From: Octopus sinensis
Lineage: Eukaryota
DNA length: 64,000 nucleotides
Assembly: GCF_006345805.1 (NCBI RefSeq)
Contig: NC_042999.1
Location: 63,116,001-63,180,000, forward strand
Direction of reading: 5' to 3'
In this document: one piece after another, positions 38,353 through 49,460 of the stretch
Layout: every line of letters starts with the position of its first letter
Position numbering within the stretch: position 1 is the stretch's first letter
The notes under the pieces: model-generated
Told to the model about the DNA's origin: nothing
What the model saw: only the letters and a program-made list of their open reading frames with translations
The model's database searches: none
Translations under genes and position numbers: made by a program

Positions 38353-39772
38353 GAACCAGACACATACAATCACACATACACACACGCACATAATATACAA
38401 TCACACACATAGGCAGACGATTGAGACACGCACACTGAAGTAAAAAAAACCAAAGAAAAACAAAAAAAAAACGCGCAATTTCCCACACTTAATCAAAATA
38501 AGGATAATCTGTGTGAAGAGTGTGACACTGGAGATTTACAGGAAGTGATATGTTAGAGACAACAACATAACGCACTGCATTCCAGGCACTTGAAACTCTT
38601 TTCCCAACAAAAATATGCGTACATGAAGGAAGAGAGAGAGACAAAGAGAAAGAGAGAAGTGGATGGAAATGGAGGGGGGGGGGGGCGAGGAGAAAATTTG
38701 GTCTTTGTCAGCTATGAAGTGAAAGACAAATCTGCCAGGAAATGGCTAAACCACACTGGAATGCCCCTTCTCTGTTGGGAGTCTCAAAATGAGTAAGGTG
38801 CTTGAGTACGGCGACATTGAAGAACAACTGTTCAGATATTAAACGTAGAGATTTGTTGTTTTGTTCTTATCATTCCCCCTCGTCATTCTTCTTAGAAGCA
38901 TTGTTGTCAGTGGTTGATTCTGCACATCAGCATCTGTTACTACTTGTAACTTCAACAAAGAAAATTATTCTTATACCAATTTAAGTGCTCATTTTAGACA
39001 AACGGGAACAGCTCATGACACGAACACATGCGAACACAGAAAAAAAAAAAGGGAGGTGGCTCTATGTGGTTTCTCGACCTGTAGAAATAGCAGCCAAATC
39101 AATTGACATCCTACCATTTTAAAAAGAAGATACATTTATTGAGGATAAGGTAGTTCTGGATTACTGAAAGGGGATCATCATGTCTGGAACGTCTTTAATC
39201 ATAGATCTGCTCAATAAGTACTGACCTGGGGCTAAATAAACAATCCCGTCAATGCATCATGCAAAACACAATTTCGTTTCTTGTTTCTTTCATATTCATT
39301 TTTCATACATCGATTCATACCTTGCAGTTCTGGATAGTTTTTAAGAGACTGCTAAGTATTCATCCCCTGTACTAACAAAACAAGTAGTTAATTATTTAAT
39401 TTCTATATGATTAAAGGTGTTTAATCCTATCGATTTTTGGAAAGGAGAATAATGGAAGTTGAGTGGTTCATATATTTTTTAAGGACATAAGCAGAAATAA
39501 CCCATGTTTAAAATAGCTACGAGATGCCATAACCATCAGCTTACAGCACTAGCCCCTGATGTTTGGCTTTAAAGTAACAGTCGAGCATGGTCTTGTTAAA
39601 TTCTAATATATGCAGCAACACTAGAAGCAAACCATCTTCCAAGCATCAGCAATACTATGTAAGATGCGACAAACCTAGTTATTGCTCTACGTCTGAAAAT
39701 GAACAGTGATTGATTGAAATAATCTAAGAACACCTGAAAAACTAGAGATAACTTATATTAAATGGTTATTTC

Positions 39773-40002
39773 CTATTTCGTTATTGGCCACAAGGGGCTA
39801 AACATAGAGTGGACAAAAGGACAGACAAAGGGATTAAGTCGATTATATCGACCCCAGTGCGTAAATGGTACTTATTTAATCGACCCCGAAAGGATGAAAG
39901 GCAAAGTCGACCTCGGCGGAATTTGAACTCAGAACGCAGCGGCGGACGAAATACCCCCAAGCAGTTCGCCCGGCGTGCTAACGTTTCTGCCAGCTCGCCG
40001 CC
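39773..40002 (-). mobile_element. SINE family B, young copy
   Basis: CpG-intact full copy flanked by the 15-bp duplication TTAAATGGTTATTTC (39758-39772 and 40003-40017). Confidence 0.92.
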
Positions 40003-41466
40003 TTAAATGGTTATTTCTGCTTGGATACAGTAGTATATCGGAAGAGAACAACAACTTGGGGATCTACCCAATCCTTAATTTAAACTCAAAATATATCAAG
40101 TGTTTTTGTAGGAAGTTCAACATATATGGCTAAGGCGGGTCCGTCCTACACTCAGCAAAACCGGACAAATATGAATATTAGTATATTAAACTTATTATTG
40201 GTTAACCTAAGATTGAAAAGTATGTATATGGTTATATTTTAAACAGTTTTCGTGCAGTATAAAGCATCTGTAAAAGAAGTGTGTGTGGGAACAATGTAGA
40301 GCCAGGAAAAATTAACGCGAAATGCGACTAACACTTCTCGACGCCGCAAGTCACGTATCTTGTACTGGAAACTACAGATGTAATTCTAGCAAGTATTCGA
40401 AGTATTGTAGAACTGAATTTTTTTTATATATCAGCCTTTCCATTGGCTATTGGAAGCCTCTCCAATGGTCACTAAGCCTACTAGAAATGGCAGCTAGATT
40501 TCCTTTAAACCACATCTTACTGTGTTTTTAAGAACACACATTAGACCATTACACACTGCAACCCCAGAGATCCATATAAAGGTTGAATAATCGCAAAGGG
40601 AATGCTTTTGATCATAGATCTGCTTGATTATGGTTGACCTGGTGCTAAATAACTTTCAGAGAGATGGATTTTGGTAGGGTTACTCAATGCTGATGCACTA
40701 AAGACAGTCTTCACGACGATTAAATTGGTTACAACACTAAGAGAAGGTTCAAACTATATTTTCCAGCAATAAATTTGGTTAATTAGTGAACACGTCTGGC
40801 CGTGAGGAAATATTACCTTGCTTGGAAACAGGTGTAAGTTAGCAAAAGGAAGGGCGTTCAGCTGTAGAAAGTCTACCTCGACAAATTCCACCGAGCATAG
40901 AAAAGTGGACTTTAAAATGATAATGGATGATGATGATGATGAATGCCCGTTAATACTAAATTAAACTGGTGCTTAGGCTTGTAGTTTGTAATGTCAAGTC
41001 TATAAATTATGAATCCGCCATTGCGCCAGATACCAGTCTCAGTTCGAAGTGGTCGTTAATTCCCTGACAATCTGGCACCTATTCTCAACACTCGGAGATA
41101 GCCGAATGAGGGAGCCATCTATACCGTCGCTTGATATATTCCTGATAGCACACTAACTTAAAACACACAGACACAGAGGCTAATATAGAATCCTATATAC
41201 GCGAGGTTTGTTTTTAAAAGAGACAAATAGGTCGAAATTGGAAGCTTTTGATCACGTGTACTCCCAAACTACCAAAAACAACGACCATTACAAAGTGGAT
41301 TGAAACAATACAAGTGACCTGTCTAATGAGAGTGAGACACAACGAAAGGTGGGCATGAACACTTTGGCACAGCCATTTTGGTGCCTCTTAACTGGCGTCA
41401 CTGATTTGACGCTGACTTTATTTGACATCTAATGTTTCATTGTTTCTCTCGTTCCCATCCCATCTC

Positions 41467-41836
41467 GGATCTTTTCCTTTTGAACGGCAGACAATTTCTA
41501 GATAACTAAACACTTTAAAACTTCGTATACTGGTAGAATGTGTCAAAATAAAACATTTTTTCTCCTGGCTTTCTTGAGAAAATTGTAATTTGTTTGTTTA
41601 ACGTAGTTTAATTTTTCGAATTTTAACCAATCCTATGCTCTCTTTTGAGAGTTGAATGGAGGTAATCGATTGGTTAAAATTGCCGAAATGCTCGGATTTT
41701 CAGACGAAATATCTTACAACTCAATAAAACCAAGAGAAAATGATGTTTTATAAACACATTCTACCAGTATACGAAGTTTAAAAGTTTAGTTAACTAGAAA
41801 TTGTGTTGACATCTGCCGTTCAAAAGGAAAAGATCC
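41467..41836. mobile_element. Mutator-type foldback MITE, 370 bp
   Basis: TIRs longer than 130 bp starting GGATCTTTTCCTTTTGAACGGCAGA; perfect 9-bp TSD TCCCATCTC (41458-41466 and 41837-41845). Confidence 0.9.
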
Positions 41837-43983
41837 TCCCATCTCTGGTTAAATGTTCATGTCAACTGCGTTCAGCTAATTGCCTTGTCTCTCACTTTAA
41901 AATGTACGTGTATATTTCTGCGTTATGTACTAGTTTGGCTAATGTTAAAAATTAGTGTCGTCCAAACTGGTTGAATGTCCAGTTGGCCGTGCCAAGTCCT
42001 TTGCGTCCAAACAGCTACGCCAAATTGTCTCATTCCAACAAAAGGTGTAAGTGGATATGAATTTATGGCTCAGTAGTTTGCTATATCATTTGCTTAACAT
42101 CAGCTCAAGCCTGACCACATGGTCTTTTTCTTTACCCTAATATAGCATACCAGGGACTTCATTATCGAATGCCCCCTTTTAAGGGTAATTCGAGGGAGAT
42201 TTGGCTGTTATTTCTAACAGGTTTAAGTAACCACGTTAAGGCTCCTTCGTTCATTAAAAGAAAAAAAAAAGACGGGGAGATTACAACTGAGATACATACG
42301 ATCATGTTTATTCAATTAGGACTGGAGCTAAATAATAAACCCTCCCCACTAGCTTGCTGAATTTTAAAGCTACTAAACCTTGTTTTAAGATTTGGTATTC
42401 CTAGTTTTAAGAGCACCAAGTTTTAAATAAAACTCAGTAAGGTGAAGGAAAGAGATATTGTTATGCCTCTGGTCAGCCCTGATCGACAAACCTATGGCCA
42501 TCCCATTACATCTATGACTGCAGTAGTAAAATAAGGTATACGAAGTTGCTGTCTTTTTCTTTTTTGAGACAGAAGGTGCAATTTAAGCAAGTTATTTCGA
42601 GCAGGTCAAGTAAGTGACAAGAAGCTCACGAAGAGCTAAAACTCATCTAAGCAGAAGACCTTTTTTATAGAGATGGACGCGTGGGATGATAGTGGTTGGA
42701 ATGAATCGATCACTGACTTTCTGATAGAATTAAAAGGTACAGTTTAACCCTAGTGGTAAACACAATTCGGAACCATAGGCTTTGGACTAGACGATACGAC
42801 CCTAAATTGTCTAGCAAGCACTCTTAACTATCTGAGCCAGTCCAACTACCTTACGAAATAGATATGACACACTTGTTCGTTTAATTTGAAGTTCAAACTG
42901 ACTTGCTTGTATTTTACTTGTTATCCGGGTTTGTTAGTTGTACAGATTAAACTGAGAACAGCAACAACATCAACAATAATGCCCGTAAACGTATTAGTTT
43001 GTATCTACATCCTATATGTGGTTAACACAGTTCTAGATGACCAGGTCGTAGAAAGGGTGGAGAAACAAACACATACAGTCTGAAGTTTATTATTGCCTTC
43101 GTCTGCAATAATCTAAGACAGCTGTAAACTGGGGATGGAGTGGATGATGATTGGTGTTAGTGGTTGTTGAGAATGCATAAACTTCTGCTTATGAACTGCA
43201 GCAGACGGTAGTAACATCTGCAGACAAATTTCGGTATCCAGCGTCTTTGGCGTACATGCATGTGTACAAATGAAAGCAGAGATACATTGTATACAAGAAA
43301 GTGTATGCGTGTCTGTATTTGTAATTGTGCATGTGTAAGACTGGGTGAGTGTGAAAGTAATTGATGGTGTGTGTGTGTAAGTGAAAAAGTTTGTGTTACT
43401 TTGAAAGTATGTATAATAATGAATATGGGTGTGTACAAGAGAATTTAACGTAAGATACTGTGTGCTAGCGCTTAATTCACTGCGTATAAAAGTTCGTTTA
43501 GTATCGTGTGTGTGTTTGCGACTATGTAAGTTACCATCCAAGCAATAAATAGATATAAAGACAAGAGCAGAAAGGAGATAGAAGTAGGGCAACAAAAGTT
43601 ATATAAGTCTGAGAGAGAAAGAAAAGTATTGAAGAGGGAGGGATGGAAGAAGAAGAGAGTCTGAGTCATAACCCCAATGATAGCAACAGTGATTAGCATA
43701 CAGCAGAAGGTGGGGGTAGACAAAGTATCTGAGACAGACAGACACGGGCAGACATGCGGACAGGCAAGCAGCTAGACAGAGAGAAGGATAGAGATGGACA
43801 AACTGATAGACGGAGTAAAAAGAAAACGGGGGGGGGGGGGGGCAAAAAAAAAAAAAAGGAAAAAAGATAAATGGACGAGCTGGAAAGTACAAACAATTGC
43901 TCAGTCACTAGAGCAATAACCTGTAACCTGTTCTGCGATGATGATGATAATAAAGTAATAAAAAATAAAAACAAAATGAAAGT

Positions 43984-43984
43984 A

Positions 43985-44043
<59 letters not shown>
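43984..44043. repeat. (AT)n microsatellite
   Basis: Long AT dinucleotide run. Confidence 0.97.
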
Positions 44044-44048
<5 letters not shown>

Positions 44049-44344
44049 AAAGAAAAGCATGAGAGAGTGAGGAAAAAAACAACAAAATTAATGAGAATAA
44101 CGCGCGAGAGGGAAAAAGTGACGCAAACGAACGAAAGGAAACACACATCGGTAATAAATAAATAAGAAAAATAAGGAGAGAGACTGAAAAAAAGAGAACA
44201 GGTTTTGATAATAGGGGAGGAAAAATAGCAGTCAAGTTTATAAAAGGAAAATTAAAGGATTTTCAGAAGGGTAAAGGATAGAGAAACACGTATTAAACGA
44301 AAATGTCTGTTCCCCACAGACTTTCATGTGTGGTTCCAATGGCT

Positions 44345-44372
44345 CTCCACTCCACTCCACTCCACTCCACTC
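44345..44372. repeat. (CTCCA)n pentanucleotide repeat
   Basis: About 5.5 perfect units in a CpG-rich unique region. Confidence 0.9.
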
Positions 44373-44652
44373 GAACCCGCTAAGTTTTAAAAAAATCCAA
44401 CTAATTGTTAGTCATTTGCAAACATGATTAATATATTTATCTGCGTCACAATGGGAAAAAGTTGCCAGTGTTTTGTTTTGTTTTGTTTTTTTTTTCTTTT
44501 AAACTGGTGGTAGTTTGTCATTGTGAATTCGGATATAACCGATTAGTTCAAGTCTGCAATCACTAGTGGGTTCGATTCCACATCTCTTACCAAAGTGTCG
44601 GCTTGACTCAAACCTTGTGAGCGCAATTTAAGTAGACGGACACTATACGGTT

Positions 44653-44872
44653 AAAGCGGCGAGCTGGCAGAAACGTTAGCACGCCGGGCGAAATGCTTAT
44701 CGGTATTTCGTCTGCCGTTATGTTCTGAGTTCAAATTCCGCCGAGGTCGACTTTGCCTTTCATCCTTTCGGGGTCGATAAATTAAGTACCAGTTACACAC
44801 TGGGGTCGATATAATCGACTTAATCCGTTTGTCCCTTCTGTGTTTAGCCCCTTGTGGATAGTAAAGAAATAG
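44653..44872 (+). mobile_element. SINE family B, young copy
   Basis: AAAGCGGCGAGCTGGCAGAAACGTTAGCACGCCGGGCG...GTAAAGAAATAGG with CpGs intact. Confidence 0.92.
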
Positions 44873-45538
44873 GTATCCGTCAGATGGAATGTACATGTAA
44901 TTTAAAATGCCTGGCTTGTCACACAGTTTCTGCAGAGACTTTACGTTAAAGGTGAACATGTTTGTGGAATACTCAGCCACTTACATGATAAATATTCACT
45001 TCAATTCATGACCAGCTTAAAACATCGCTGACACCCACGAAGGGGATGTATTTATTGTTTAGTGGTGATGATAATAGAAGACTTAGCTATTTGGAAATAC
45101 TGCACTGAAGCACTCACTACTTGCTTGCGGGGCCCGAAGGCAAATGGAACAACCCTTTTCGTGTGTTGTGTTTATATATAACTGTGCGTGTGTAATAAGT
45201 CATGGAAAACCCCCACTTATTACTAGATGACTTATTTAACACAGAAAAGAACTGTTGCACACAAAGCATCACGCACAGACATTTATCTGATAGAGGGGAC
45301 CGGTTGTATTATCAAGCTGCTAACTCGTGTAAATGATAAGATATACACACTTCGATTCCCGCCAGTGAGTTTCTTGCTCCATAATCTCAAATTGGTGTTG
45401 GTGTTTACAAATGTTTAGTTATCAGGTTTATAACACACACACTCTCAGAGTTTAAATGTTTACCTCATTCTTGTTAACAAATTTTAATTGTCAATGTTTA
45501 TTGTCAATGGAATGAAGTATGTACATGCCTGTTTTACA

Positions 45539-45598
<60 letters not shown>

Positions 45599-45599
45599 T

Positions 45600-45955
45600 G
45601 TTTTTTTGTTTCAGTAATTTGACTGCGGACATGCTGGAGTACCGCTTCAAAGGGTTTCTTATGGATATATGTATTCTTTATAAGCCTAGTACTTATTCTA
45701 TCGGTCACTTTGCTGAACCGCTAGGTTACGGGGACGTAAACACTCCAACATCGGTTGTCAAGCGATGGTGGGGGTCAAACACAGACACAAAAATAAATAT
45801 ATACATATTCATATATACGATGGGCTTCTTTCAGTTTCCGTCAACCTAAGGCTATAAAATAGAAGACAAATGTCCAAGGTGCCACGTGGTAGGACTGAAC
45901 TCGGAACCATGTGGTTGGGAGGCAAGCTTCATACCACACAGTCACACCTGTGCAT
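45600..45955 (-). mobile_element. SINE family A copy
   Basis: Family A structure next to (AT)n at 45543-45593. Confidence 0.85.
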
Positions 45956-46890
45956 ATACATATATATAAAATTTTTTGTGTTGCAGACATTAGACTGCAG
46001 CCATGCTGCGGCACCACGTTGATGGGTTTAGTTGCATAAATCGACTCCTGCATTTATTTTACCGGCCTTTTTTGTCGAACCGCTATATTACGACGACATA
46101 AAAAAAAACCAACACCAGTTGCCAGTTCGATTCTCAGCGGCGCGTTGTGTCCTTGAGCAAGACACTTTATTTCACGTTGCTCCAGTTCACTCAGTTGGTA
46201 AAAATGAGTAGTACCAGTAAAAAAAAAAGGGCTGGCCATGTCACATTCTATGTCACGTTGAATCTCCCCGAGAACTACGTTAAGGATATGCGTGTTTGTG
46301 CAGTGCTCAGCCATTTACACGTTAACCACACGAGCAGGCTGTTCCGTTAATGGGATCGCCAATATATAGCATAAGTACATGTGTGTGTGCGTGCTTCATT
46401 GTCACTTGAAAGAAACGACGGGTTTCTTTTATTTTATCAAGGCCTTGGTCGGCGCGGAGCTATAGACGATACTCAGCCAGGAGTACACATTGACCAGGAT
46501 AAGCTGGCAAGCTTGCAACTATATATGGGCTGGAGAAAATCCATACCAGCCTGGATTGAAGGTTCTGTCAAGATGCTTGGGGGGGGGGGCCTAGTTCGGG
46601 TCACACATTCTATTTCCTACCCACCTCGGTGGATAGGAAATGGAATGAGGTTATGAGCAGCGTATCGGCTGAGAGGAAGCAATCTGTGAAAGGTCACGCG
46701 CAATGGTGAACGCATACGCCACATCCGTTATTTATCACTAACTGATCATTGTCTTGCTTCTGTTTTTGTCTTACCGGGCCAGAATGTATGCTTTTTTTGC
46801 TTCTTGTAAAAAGGGAACGTCAGAAGGTTCAACTGTTAACATCCACTGCACAAGAGATGGTCATATATTCTATGAATAATAATGCACATA

Positions 46891-47278
46891 GGCGCAGGAG
46901 TGGCTGTGTGGTAAGTAGCTTGCTAACCAACCACATGGTTCCGGGTTCAGTCCCACTGCGTGGCATCTTGGGCAAGTGTCTTCTGCTATAGCCCCGGGCC
47001 GACCAATGCCTTGTGAACGGATTTGGTAGATGGAAACTGAAAGAAGCCTGTCGTATATATGTATATGTTTGTGTGTCTGTGTTTGTCCCCCTAGCATTGC
47101 TTGACAACCGATGCTGGTGTGTTTACGTCCCCGTCACTTAGCGGTTCGGCAAAAGAGACCGATAGAATAAGTACTGGGCTTACAAAAGAATAAGTCCCGC
47201 GGTCGATTTGCTCGACTAAAGGCGGTGCTCCAGCATGGCCGCAGTCAAATGACTGAAACAAGTAAAAGAGTAAAAGAG
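46891..47278 (+). mobile_element. SINE family A, young full-length copy
   Basis: GGCGCAGGAGTGGCTGTGTGG...GGTTCAGTCCCACTGCGTGG...GACTGAAACAAGTAAAAGAGTAAAAGAG with CpGs intact. Confidence 0.92.
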
Positions 47279-47649
47279 GTGAATGCTGAGACAGTGACAT
47301 CTTAGATGATAAGGTATGGTCGCATATTTTCCCACAGCTTGTCTCTTTGACAGAGTTGCAGCTATGAGTGGGTCAAGCGAAGATTAAGATTAGGTCCATA
47401 GCATTTGGAATGGTCCCTATTATCTATCAGTCGAGGCAACACAGCAGATAGTATATCAACCTTTCATTCTAAATAGAGCTAACAGTGGCGGGCAAGAGCG
47501 AAGATATTCTCGGGTAACTCTGGGCGTCCAGAGAACTTGCATGTATTATAAACATTTGTTATATTTAACAACAAATGTAGTTTCCAACACCATGACGGTG
47601 AAGTCGTCCGCCTCCGCTGTTATGGCTCTTACTTTTTACCTTGGAGACC

Positions 47650-47725
47650 ACTTACTTTTGACGGACGAAGTAATGACTTCCACTTCCAAATGGCCCCCGA
47701 AACGAAGAAGCGCGCTCTAATGTCT
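47650..47725. promoter_or_regulatory. Candidate bidirectional housekeeping-type promoter
   Basis: Tandem ETS-like ACTTCCACTTCC (47676-47687), YY1-like CCAAATGGC (47686-47694), CpG-rich context and a minus-strand donor AAA|GTAAGT at 47650-47655. Confidence 0.45.
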
Positions 47726-48434
47726 TTCAATAGTGCTAGCTTTGAAATGTTATATGTTTTTAATGAGTGTTGAGTGGAATGAATTCGAAATCATCCGGTT
47801 ACAAAGTGATGTTCACTTTTAACAATATATATTTCATATAAATATGTACATGAAAACAATATATCTAGGCGGAGTTGTTTAATGAAACTCCTCACTCTTG
47901 CTTAACATTCATTTTCTCCTTTTTTTTTTTTTTTTTTTGCGGGAAGGGTTTAAATATGTTTTGTAATGCTGAGCAGGAGCAAAGCCGAAATTTTCATTTT
48001 CTAAAAAACACTCTTCGTTTCGAAGTGCAACCAGTCTGCAACTTATTATTATTATTATTATTATTATTTTGGTGGTGAGATATTTTTCTATTTATCTTTT
48101 CTTAATTAAATGTATTAAACCTGGTTTACAATCCTGCAAGAAATATTTGGTTCAGAGTTAGGATCAAGGGATTAGGGAGAAGGAGAGAAACTGAAAAATG
48201 ATTGAATTTCTAAATTTAAAAAAAAAAGTTTTAAAACTTAGAAATCCCGGAACAAAATTCTAAAAAGAAAAAAGAAAAAGGCATGAAAAAGATGCATATT
48301 GTCAATCCACAGCGAAGGTTCGAAGGCATAATCAAACTTTTCTCTGAAAAATAAATTTTACATTATCTCTCGGGTTTAATATTTGACTTCCTATATATGG
48401 TTGCACATAAAACAAACACACAATCACAGGTTTC

Positions 48435-48518
48435 ATGTCCGCTTTCTATCCAAGCGTGCATGAAAAGGTACTCGAGGAAGAGTACCTTGCTCGACGCCAC
48501 CAACCCCACTTGATTCAG
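48435..48518 (+). CDS. Candidate first coding exon of an unidentified plus-strand gene
   Basis: ATG-initiated MSAFYPSVHEKVLEEEYLARRHQPHLIQ ending at CAG|GTAAAG (phase 0); unique sequence. Confidence 0.55.
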
Positions 48519-48640
48519 GTAAAGTATTTTATTCCATAACCATTTATGTATCATACTAAATGTATATTACGTAAGAGACGAATCTATAAGAGATGTTATC
48601 TCAGGACAAATACTGCAGTAAGAGGCCTATTAACAGTGTA

Positions 48641-48678
48641 TCATCTATGTATCAGACTTAAGTCTGATACATAGATGA
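48641..48678. repeat. Perfect 38-bp spacerless palindrome
   Basis: TCATCTATGTATCAGACTT|AAGTCTGATACATAGATGA. Confidence 0.97.
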
Positions 48679-49230
48679 GTGTTTCAATTTAATACGGTCT
48701 TATTCCATGCGGTTTTTTTTTCTTTTTCTTTTCTTTCAAATTGTTGACAGTTTGTTTATGGGTGACGTAAACATATCACACTTGCTGAAACGGTACAAGT
48801 GTGAAGGCATGCAGAAATAAATACGCATGGGTGCGCGCTCACATACACATGATAGGCTTCTAAACCGTTTCCGTCCTACTAAATCTCAATCACAAGGCAT
48901 TGGTTGACAGAGCGATCATAATTACACAGACATGTTTGCAACTTAGCACTTTGGGCAAGTGTCTTCTACTATAGCCATGGGCTGACCAAAGCCTTGTGAG
49001 TGGATTTGATAGACGGAGACTGAAAGAAGCCCGTCGTATGTCTGTGTATATATATATATATAGGAGGAACAGTTAATTATGATTTTGTTTAACATATTCC
49101 TCTCTCAGATTCACACGCTTATTGCGGCAGTCCTTCAGTTTTTCTAAGCCCTGTAAAAGAACTCGGAAGGTTAGGCCTCCAACTGGACCTTTCGCAATAC
49201 CCTTGAAGCCAGGAACTTTTCAGCACCCCT

Positions 49231-49274
<44 letters not shown>

Positions 49275-49381
49275 AAAAAAAAAACTTACATAAGCAAAGA
49301 AAAGACTACCTTATGACCAGTGAATCTCTCCATACGTTATGATGTTTCTGGAAGAAAAACTTGATTCTACATAGTTATCAG

Positions 49382-49460
49382 GAGTTGATTAGCAGATCGT
49401 CTCTGGATATATCACCGATAAACAGTGGTCTTCATCTAGTTACCCACGATATTTCAGAAA
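49382..49460 (+). CDS. Candidate second coding exon of the plus-strand gene
   Basis: ttatcAG acceptor; phase 0 matches the preceding exon; ELISRSSLDISPINSGLHLVTHDISE, donor AAA|GTAAAT (phase 1). Confidence 0.45.

Noticed and set aside
43113-43595. 160-aa minus-strand ORF
   Set aside because: Low-complexity HT/TH-rich translation of CA-rich DNA with a TTG start and no splice support; more likely UTR or intron.
46891-46965. tRNA genes (also at 12058, 13259, 51268 and 55092)
   Set aside because: These are tRNA-derived SINE heads with A/B boxes that run directly into SINE bodies; no complete cloverleaf or acceptor stem.
47690-47772. Short ORF MAPETKKRALMSFNSASFEMLYVFNEC*
   Set aside because: 27 codons with no donor linking it to downstream exons; the ATG overlaps the YY1-like motif and may be incidental.
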